This document shows, one piece after another, positions 1 through 9,724 of a DNA stretch of 64,000 nt. Made by a program: the position numbers and the translations under genes. This DNA comes from Lingula anatina (taxonomy: Eukaryota > Animalia > Brachiopoda), in assembly GCA_051362555.1 (NCBI GenBank), contig CM120641.1:30386401-30450400 (forward strand). The letters run 5' to 3'. The notes under the pieces are model-generated. The model had not been told where the DNA came from, searched no databases, and worked only from the letters and a program-made list of their open reading frames with translations. The first letter of the stretch is position 1, and every line of letters starts with the position of its first letter.

Positions 1-164
1 TTTGTGAAATTTAGATAGATGATGCATAACAACAATACAAATCTGTGATAAGCTCATCAGTTGACTGTGTCTCATTTAAAAGATTTTTTTGGACAATAAA
101 TTTGAGAAAATTGAAAATGACACTGAGAAGACTGCAAAATGCGGTGCCTTAAAATAGTTAAACG

Positions 165-358
165 TTAATAATTTTCACAAAACTTGTTCAATATTTGTGA
201 AATATAGACAAATGATGCATAACAATAATAAAAATCTGTGATAAGCTCATCAATTGAATGTGTCTCATGAAAAACATTTTTCAGATCATATAAATGTGAG
301 AAAACTGAAAATGACATTGAAAAGACTGCCAAATTCCATGGCTTAAAATAGTTAAACA
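165..358. repeat. Representative 194-bp monomer, subtype B
   Basis: Diagnostic blocks AAAAACATTTTTCAG.(.)CATATAAATGTGAG and CTGCCAAATTCCATGGCTT. Confidence 0.95.
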
Positions 359-552
359 TTAATAATTTTCACAAATCTTGTTTAATATTTGTGAAATTTG
401 GAGAGATGATGCTTAACAATAATAAAAATCTGTGATAAGCTCATCAGTTGACTGTGTCTCATTAAAAAGATTTTTTTGGACAATAAATTTGAGAAAATTG
501 AAAATGACACTGAGAAGACTGCAAAATGCGGTGCCTTAAAATAGTTAAACGT
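359..552. repeat. Representative ~194-bp monomer, subtype A
   Basis: Diagnostic blocks AAAAGATTTTTTTGGACAATAAATTTGAG and CTGCAAAATGCGGTGCCTT. Confidence 0.95.
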
Positions 553-947
553 TAATAATATTCACAAAACTTGTTCAATATTTGTGAAATTTGGAGAGAT
601 GATGCTTAACAATAATAAAAATCTGTGATAAGCTCATCAATTGACTGCATCTCATGAAAAACATTTTTCAGGGCATATAAAAGTGAGAAAACTGAAAATG
701 ACACTGAAAAGACTGCCAAATTCCATGGCTTAAAATAGTTAAACGTTAATAATTTTCACAAATCTTGTCTAATGTTTGTGAAATTTGGATAGATGATGCA
801 TATCAACAATAAAAATCTTTGATAAGCTCATCAGTTGCCTGTGTCTCATAAAAAAGATTTTTTTGGACAATAAAATTGAGAAAAACGGAAAATGACATTG
901 AAAAGACTGCAAAATGCAGTGCCTTAAAATAGTTAAACGTTAATAAT

Positions 948-977
948 TTTCACAAATCTTGTTCAAGATTTGTGAAA
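948..977. other. 30-bp palindrome inside the monomer (14-bp arms, 2-nt spacer)
   Basis: TTTCACAAATCTTG-TT-CAAGATTTGTGAAA; most other monomers keep 9-10-bp arms (TTTCACAAA(T)...(A)TTTGTGAAA). Confidence 0.9.
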
Positions 978-1422
978 TTTGGATAGATGATGCATAACAA
1001 TAATAAAAATCTGTGATAAGCTCATCAGTTGACTGTGTTTCATGAAAAACATTTTTCAGAGCATATAAATGTGAGAAAACTGAAAATGACATTGAAAAGA
1101 CTGCCAAATTCCATGGCTTAAAATAGTTTAACGTTAATAATTTTCACAAATCTTGTCTAATATTTGTGAAATTTGGATAGATGATGCATAACAACAATAA
1201 AAATCTGTGATAAGCTCATCAGTTGACTGTGTCTCATTAAAAAGATTTTTTTTTGGACAATAAAATTGAGAAAATTAAAAATGAAACTGAAAAGACTGCA
1301 AAATGCGGTGCCTTAAAATAGTTAAATATTAATAATTTTCACAAAACTTGTTCAATATTTGTGAAATTTGGAGAGATGATGCTTAGCAATAAAAAAAATC
1401 TGTGATAAGCTTAACAGTTGAC

Positions 1423-1981
1423 AGTGTGTGATAGAATTGTAGTTGTTTGAAATTTTGTATGGGAAGAGTGAGAATTATCTACAATATTTTTTTTTTCAAT
1501 TTCACAACATCTAATTAGACTCACATTAAACATCAAATATTATGATTTGAGTTTGTTTGTGTAAGAGGTGACAAATTACCCATAATTGTCCTCTGGAAAA
1601 GAATATATACCCATTTAAGACATCTCCTTACTACCAATAGCAGATGCAGATTCCTCCTTACAATCGGTCTCTGGAATAGGGTTTAGCACACCATTTGACA
1701 ATGTCCTAAAGCTTGCCATATACCATCTATTGTACACATGGATGAGACATAGCATTGCTCTTGCTGTTGTCTTTTGCTGTCTGTTTTTTCTATAGGAATT
1801 AGCCCTGACCAGACAGGAAGAATCAGTTCACCAAAAAATCCATCACGCTGTATGGAAAAGGTCACCTAGAAAAAGAACAATATGTTTGATAAAAGTGAAA
1901 ATTGAATTCTAAAAATTGACAAATTTCCCACATTAAAAAAGTTGAACAATAATTTTGATAAACTTAACCTAAACAGTTGAC
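1423..1981. repeat. Representative full ~560-bp interspersed module (AT-rich left arm + conserved core + variable right arm)
   Basis: Begins after AACAGTTGAC (1413-1422) and returns to monomer sequence after a second AACAGTTGAC (1972-1981). Confidence 0.9.
1580..1865 (-). repeat. Module core copy 1 (exon-like), right-arm type I
   Basis: Near-identical core; TAG|GTGACC ... ATGG|GTAATT on the minus strand. Confidence 0.9.
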
Positions 1982-2530
1982 TATGTCTAATAAAAAGGAC
2001 ATTTTCAAAACATATAAATTTGAGAAATACTGAAAATGACATTGAAAAGACTGCCAAATTCCATGGCTTGAAATAGTTAAACGTTAATAATTTTCACAAA
2101 TCTTGTCCAATATTTGTGAAATTTGGACAGATGATGCATAACAATAATAAAAATCTGTGATAAGCTCATCAGTTGACTGCATCTCATGAAAAACATTTTT
2201 CAGAGCATATAAATGTGAGAAAACTGAAAATGACATTGAAAAGACTGCCAAATTCCATGGCTTAAAATAGTTGAACGTTAATAATTTTCACAAATCTTGT
2301 CTAATATTTGTGAAATTTGGAGAGATGATGCATAACAATAACAAAAATCTGTGATAAGCTTAACAGTTGACAGTGTGTGATAGAATTGTAGTTGATTGAC
2401 ATTTTGTATGCGAAGAGTGAGAATTATCTACAATATTTTTTTTTTTTCAATTTCACAACATCTTATTAGACTCACATTAAACATCAAATATTATGATTTG
2501 AGTTTGTTTGTGTAATAGGTGACAAATTAC

Positions 2531-2819
2531 CCATAATTGTCCTCTGGAAAAGAATATATACCCATTTAAGACATCTCCTTACTACCAATACCAGATGCAG
2601 ATTCCTCCTTACAATCGGTTTCTGGAATAGGGTTTAGCACACCATTTGACAATGTCCTAAAGCTTGCCATATACCATCTATTGTACACATGGATGAGACA
2701 TAGCATTGCTCTTGCTGTTGTCTTTTTCTGTCTGTTTTTTCTATAGGAATTAGCCCTGACCAGACAGGAAGAATCAGTTCACCAAAAAATCCATCACGCT
2801 GTATGGAAAAAAAGGTCAC
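2531..2819 (-). repeat. Module core copy 2, type II (+3 nt)
   Basis: Near-identical core; A7 instead of A4 before GGTCACC. Confidence 0.9.
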
Positions 2820-4258
2820 CTAGAAAAAGAACAATGTGTTTGATAAAAGTGAAAATTGAATTCTAAAGATTGACAAATTTCCCCCATTAAAAAAGTTGAA
2901 CAATAATTGTGATAAGCTTAACCTAAACAGTTGACTATGTCTAATAAAAAGGACATTTTCAGAACATATAAATTTGAGAAATACTGAAAATGACATTGAA
3001 AAGACTGCCAAATTCCATGCCTTGAAATAGTTAAACGTTAATAATTTTCACAAATCTTGTCTAATATTTGTGAAATTTAGATAGATGATGCATAACAACA
3101 ATAAAAATCTGTGATAAGCTCATCAGTTGACTGTGTCTCATTAAAAAGATTTTTTTGGACAATAAATTTGAGAAAATTGAAAATGACACTGAGAAGACTG
3201 CAAAATGCGGTGCCTTAAAATAGTTAAACGTTAATAATATTCACAAAACTTGTTCAATATTTGTGAAATTTGGAGAGATGATGCTTAACAATAATAAAAA
3301 TCTGTGATAAGCTCATCAGTTGACTGCATCTCATGAAAAACATTTTTCAGGGCATATAAAAGTGAGAAAACTGAAAATGACACTGAAAAAACTGCCAAAT
3401 TCCATGGCTTAAAATAGTTAAACGTTAATAATTTTCACAAATCTTGTCTAATGTTTGTGAAATTTGGATAGATGATGCATATCAACAATAAAAATCTTTG
3501 ATAAGCTCATCAGTTGCCTGTGTCTCATAAAAAAGATTTTTTTGGACAATAAAATTGAGAAAAACGGAAAATGACATTGAAAAGACTGCAAAATGCAGTG
3601 CCTTAAAATAGTTAAACGTTAATAATTTTCACAAATCTTGTTCAAGATTTGTGAAATTTGGATAGATGATGCATAACAATAATAAAAATCTGTGATAAGC
3701 TCATCAGTTGACTGTGTTTCATGAAAAACATTTTTCAGAGCATATAAATGTGAGAAAACTGAAAATGACATTGAAAAGACTGCCAAATTCCATGGCTTAA
3801 AATAGTTTAACGTTAATAATTTTCACAAATCTTGTCTAATATTTGTGAAATTTGGATAGATGATGCATAACAACAATAAAAATCTGTGATAAGCTCATCA
3901 GTTGACTGTGTCTCATTAAAAAGATTTTTTTTTGGACAATAAAATTGAGAAAATTAAAAATGAAACTGAAAAGACTGCAAAATGCGGTGCCTTAAAATAG
4001 TTAAATATTAATAATTTTCACAAAACTTGTTCAATATTTGTGAAATTTGGAGAGATGATGCTTAGCAATAAAAAAAATCTGTGATAAGCTTAACAGTTGA
4101 CAGTGTGTGATAGAATTGTAGTTGTTTGAAATTTTGTATGGGAAGAGTGAGAATTATCTACAATATTTTTTTTTTCAATTTCACAACATCTAATTAGACT
4201 CACATTAAACATCAAATATTATGATTTGAGTTTGTTTGTGTAAGAGGTGACAAATTAC

Positions 4259-4547
4259 CCATAATTGTCCTCTGGAAAAGAATATATACCCATTTAAGAC
4301 ATCTCCTTACTACCAATACCAGATGCAGATTCCTCCTTACAATCGGTTTCTGGAATAGGGTTTAGCACACCATTTGACAATGTCCTAAAGCTTGCCATAT
4401 ACCATCTATTGTACACATGGATGAGACATAGCATTGCTCTTGCTGTTGTCTTTTGCTGTCTGTTTTTTCTATAGGAATTAGCCCTGACCAGACAGGAAGA
4501 ATCAGTTCACCAAAAAATCCATCACGCTGTATGTAAAAAAAGGTCAC
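4259..4547 (-). repeat. Module core copy 3, type II right arm (mosaic)
   Basis: Near-identical core. Confidence 0.9.
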
Positions 4548-6373
4548 CTAGAAAAAGAACAATGTGTTTGATAAAAGTGAAAATTGAATTCTAAAGATTG
4601 ACAAATTTCCCCCATTAAAAAAGTTGAACAATAATTGTGATAAGCTTAACCTAAACAGTTGACTATGTCTAATAAAAAGGACATTTTCAGAACATATAAA
4701 TTTGAGAAATACTGAAAATGACATTGAAAAGACTGCCAAATTCCATGGCTTGAAATAGTTAAACGTTAATAATTTTCACAAATCTTGTCTAATATTTGTG
4801 AAATTTAGATAGATGATGCATAACAACAATACAAATCTGTGATAAGCTCATCAGTTGACTGTGTCTCATTTAAAAGATTTTTTTGGACAATAAATTTGAG
4901 AAAATTGAAAATGACACTGAGAAGACTGCAAAATGCGGTGCCTTAAAATAGTTAAACGTTAATAATTTTCACAAAACTTGTTCAATATTTGTGAAATATA
5001 GACAAATGATGCATAACAATAATAAAAATCTGTGATAAGCTCATCAATTGAATGTGTCTCATGAAAAACATTTTTCAGATCATATAAATGTGAGAAAACT
5101 GAAAATGACATTGAAAAGACTGCCAAATTCCATGGCTTAAAATAGTTAAACATTAATAATTTTCACAAATCTTGTTTAATATTTGTGAAATTTGGAGAGA
5201 TGATGCTTAACAATAATAAAAATCTGTGATAAGCTCATCAGTTGACTGTGTCTCATTAAAAAGATTTTTTTGGACAATAAATTTGAGAAAATTGAAAATG
5301 ACACTGAGAAGACTGCAAAATGCGGTGCCTTAAAATAGTTAAACGTTAATAATATTCACAAAACTTGTTCAATATTTGTGAAATTTGGAGAGATGATGCT
5401 TAACAATAATAAAAATCTGTGATAAGCTCATCAATTGACTGCATCTCATGAAAAACATTTTTCAGGGCATATAAAAGTGAGAAAACTGAAAATGACACTG
5501 AAAAGACTGCCAAATTCCATGGCTTAAAATAGTTAAACGTTAATAATTTTCACAAATCTTGTCTAATGTTTGTGAAATTTGGATAGATGATGCATATCAA
5601 CAATAAAAATCTTTGATAAGCTCATCAGTTGCCTGTGTCTCATAAAAAAGATTTTTTTGGACAATAAAATTGAGAAAAACGGAAAATGACATTGAAAAGA
5701 CTGCAAAATGCAGTGCCTTAAAATAGTTAAACGTTAATAATTTTCACAAATCTTGTTCAAGATTTGTGAAATTTGGATAGATGATGCATAACAATAATAA
5801 AAATCTGTGATAAGCTCATCAGTTGACTGTGTTTCATGAAAAACATTTTTCAGAGCATATAAATGTGAGAAAACTGAAAATGACATTGAAAAGACTGCCA
5901 AATTCCATGGCTTAAAATAGTTTAACGTTAATAATTTTCACAAATCTTGTCTAATATTTGTGAAATTTGGATATATGATGCATAACAACAATAAAAATCT
6001 GTGATAAGCTCATCAGTTGACTGTGTCTCATTAAAAAGATTTTTTTTTGGACAATAAAATTGAGAAAATTAAAAATGAAACTGAAAAGACTGCAAAATGC
6101 GGTGCCTTAAAATAGTTAAATATTAATAATTTTCACAAAACTTGTTCAATATTTGTGAAATTTGGAGAGATGATGCTTAGCAATAAAAAAAATCTGTGAT
6201 AAGCTTAACAGTTGACAGTGTGTGATAGAATTGTAGTTGTTTGAAATTTTGTACGGGAAGAGTGAGAATTATCTACAATATTTTTTTTTTCAATTTCACA
6301 ACATCTAATTAGACTCACATTAAACATCAAATATTATGATTTGAGTTTGTTTGTGTAAGAGGTGACAAATTAC

Positions 6374-6658
6374 CCATAATTGTCCTCTGGAAAAGAATAT
6401 ATACCCATTTAAGACATCTCCTTACTACCAATAGCAGATGCAGATTCCTCCTTACAATCGGTTTCTGGAATAGGGTTTAGCACACCATTTGACAATGTCC
6501 TAAAGCTTGCCATATACCATCTATTGTACACATGGATGAGACATAGCATTGCTCTTGCTGTTGTCTTTTGCTGTCTGTTTTTTCTATAGGAATTAGCCCT
6601 GACCAGACAGGAAGAATCAGTTCACAAAAAATCCATCACGCTGTATGGAAAAGGTCAC
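6374..6658 (-). repeat. Module core copy 4, type I (-1 nt)
   Basis: Near-identical core; TTCACAAAAAAT lacks one base. Confidence 0.9.
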
Positions 6659-7322
6659 CTAGAAAAAGAACAATATGTTTGATAAAAGTGAAAATTGAAT
6701 TCTAAAAATTGACAAATTTCCCACATTAAAAAAGTTGAACAATAATTTTGATAAACTTAACCTAAACAGTTGACTATGTCTAATAAAAAGGACATTTTCA
6801 AAACATATAAATTTGAGAAATACTGAAAATGACATTGAAAAGACTGCCAAATTCCATGGCTTGAAATAGTTAAACGTTAATAATTTTCACAAATCTTGTC
6901 CAATATTTGTGAAATTTGGACAGATGATGCATAACAATAATAAAAATCTGTGATAAGCTCATCAGTTGACTGCATCTCATGAAAAACATTTTTCAGAGCA
7001 TATAAATGTGAGAAAACTGAAAATGACATTGAAAAGACTGCCAAATTCCATGGCTTAAAATAGTTGAACGTTAATAATTTTCACAAATCTTGTCTAATAT
7101 TTGTGAAATTTGGAGAGATGATGCATAACAATAACAAAAATCTGTGATAAGCTTAACAGTTGACAGTGTGTGATAGAATTGTAGTTGATTGACATTTTGT
7201 ATGCGAAGAGTGAGAATTATCTACAATATTTTTTTTTTTCAATTTCACAACATCTTATTAGACTCACATTAAACATCAAATATTATGATTTGAGTTTGTT
7301 TGTGTAATAGGTGACAAATTAC

Positions 7323-7611
7323 CCATAATTGTCCTCTGGAAAAGAATATATACCCATTTAAGACATCTCCTTACTACCAATACCAGATGCAGATTCCTCC
7401 TTACAATCGGTTTCTGGAATAGGGTTTAGCACACCATTTGACAATGTCCTAAAGCTTGCCATATACCATCTATTGTACACATGGATGAGACATAGCATTG
7501 CTCTTGCTGTTGTCTTTTTCTGTCTGTTTTTTCTATAGGAATTAGCCCTGACCAGACAGGAAGAATCAGTTCACCAAAAAATCCATCACGCTGTATGGAA
7601 AAAAAGGTCAC
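7323..7611 (-). repeat. Module core copy 5, type II
   Basis: Near-identical core. Confidence 0.9.
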
Positions 7612-9438
7612 CTAGAAAAAGAACAATGTGTTTGATAAAAGTGAAAATTGAATTCTAAAGATTGACAAATTTCCCCCATTAAAAAAGTTGAACAATAATT
7701 GTGATAAGCTTAACCTAAACAGTTGACTATGTCTAATAAAAAGGACATTTTCAGAACATATAAATTTGAGAAATACTGAAAATGACATTGAAAAGACTGC
7801 CAAATTCCATGCCTTGAAATAGTTAAACGTTAATAATTTTCACAAATCTTGTCTAATATTTGTGAAATTTAGATAGATGATGCATAACAACAATACAAAT
7901 CTGTGATAAGCTCATCAGTTGACTGTGTCTCATTTAAAAGATTTTTTTGGACAATAAATTTGAGAAAATTGAAAATGACACTGAGAAGACTGCAAAATGC
8001 GGTGCCTTAAAATAGTTAAACGTTAATAATTTTCACAAAACTTGTTCAATATTTGTGAAATATAGACAGATGATGCATAACAATAATAAAAATCTGTGAT
8101 AAGCTCATCAATTGAATGTGTCTCATGAAAAACATTTTTCAGATCATATAAATGTGAGAAAACTGAAAATGACATTGAAAAGACTGCCAAATTCCATGGC
8201 TTAAAATAGTTAAACATTAATAATTTTCACAAATCTTGTTTAATATTTGTGAAATTTGGAGAGATGATGCTTAACAATAATAAAAATCTGTGATAAGCTC
8301 ATCAGTTGACTGTGTCTCATTAAAAAGATTTTTTTGGACAATAAATTTGAGAAAATTGAAAATGACACTGAGAAGACTGCAAAATGCGGTGCCTTAAAAT
8401 AGTTAAACGTTAATAATATTCACAAAACTTGTTCAATATTTGTGAAATTTGGAGAGATGATGCTTAACAATAATAAAAATCTTTGATAAGCTCATCAATT
8501 GACTGCATCTCATGAAAAACATTTTTCAGGGCATATAAAAGTGAGAAAACTGAAAATGACACTGAAAAAACTGCCAAATTCCATGGCTTAAAATAGTTAA
8601 ACGTTAATAATTTTCACAAATCTTGTCTAATGTTTGTGAAATTTGGATAGATGATGCATATCAACAATAAAAATCTTTGATAAGCTCATCAGTTGCCTGT
8701 GTCTCATAAAAAAGATTTTTTTGGACAATAAAATTGAGAAAAACGGAAAATGACATTGAAAAGACTGCAAAATGCAGTGCCTTAAAATAGTTAAACGTTA
8801 ATAATTTTCACAAATCTTGTTCAAGATTTGTGAAATTTGGATAGATGATGCATAACAATAATAAAAATCTGTGATAAGCTCATCAGTTGACTGTGTTTCA
8901 TGAAAAACATTTTTCAGAGCATATAAATGTGAGAAAACTGAAAATGACATTGAAAAGACTGCCAAATTCCATGGCTTAAAATAGTTTAACGTTAATAATT
9001 TTCACAAATCTTGTCTAATATTTGTGAAATTTGGATAGATGATGCATAACAACAATAAAAATCTGTGATAAGCTCATCAGTTGACTGTGTCTCATTAAAA
9101 AGATTTTTTTTTGGACAATAAAATTGAGAAAATTAAAAATGAAACTGAAAAGACTGCAAAATGCGGTGCCTTAAAATAGTTAAATATTAATAATTTTCAC
9201 AAAACTTGTTCAATATTTGTGAAATTTGGAGAGATGATGCTTAGCAATAAAAAAAATCTGTGATAAGCTTAACAGTTGACAGTGTGTGATAGAATTGTAG
9301 TTGTTTGAAATTTTGTATGGGAAGAGTGAGAATTATCTACAATATTTTTTTTTTTCAATTTCACAACATCTAATTAGACTCACATTAAACATCAAATATT
9401 ATGATTTGAGTTTGTTTGTGTAAGAGGTGACAAATTAC

Positions 9439-9724
9439 CCATAATTGTCCTCTGGAAAAGAATATATACCCATTTAAGACATCTCCTTACTACCAATACC
9501 AGATGCAGATTCCTCCTTACAATCGGTTTCTGGAATAGGGTTTAGCACACCATTTGACAATGTCCTAAAGCTTGCCATATACCATCTATTGTACACATGG
9601 ATGAGACATAGCATTGCTCTTGCTGTTGTCTTTTGCTGTCTGTTTTTTCTATAGGAATTAGCCCTGACCAGACAGGAAGAATCAGTTCACCAAAAAATCC
9701 ATCACGCTGTATGGAAAAGGTCAC
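9439..9724 (-). repeat. Module core copy 6, type I
   Basis: Near-identical core. Confidence 0.9.

Noticed and set aside
165-552. CENP-B box in the monomer
   Set aside because: No TTCG....A..CGGG core on either strand.
1486-1497. Variable poly-T tract (T8-T12) in the left arm as a Pol III terminator or retroposon tail
   Set aside because: It is internal to the module rather than at a junction, no Pol III promoter is evident, and the length variation may be slippage or sequencing error.
1515-1600. Spliced-leader RNA gene (plus strand ACTCACA...TGAGTTT...TGTGTAATAG|GT loosely recalls hydrozoan SL exons)
   Set aside because: The resemblance is from memory and short. The donor GTGACA is weak, the site varies between copies (AAGAG/AATAG/AATG), and no Sm site follows. 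A search of mRNA 5' ends would settle it.
1677-1686. TAGGGTTTAG as a telomeric (TTTAGGG) repeat
   Set aside because: Only about 1.5 units, not tandem; compatible with chance.
1580-1865. tRNA, 5S, snRNA or C/D snoRNA in the core
   Set aside because: No A/B boxes or recognisable consensus. GTGATGG..CTGA are too close and not canonical. The Sm-like GATTTTTTGG becomes GCTTTTTTGG in many copies.
1806-1865. VTFSIQRDGFFGELILPVW as a Calx-beta-like motif
   Set aside because: Superficial similarity only; the downstream DY, GTLTF and IIDD-type motifs are absent.
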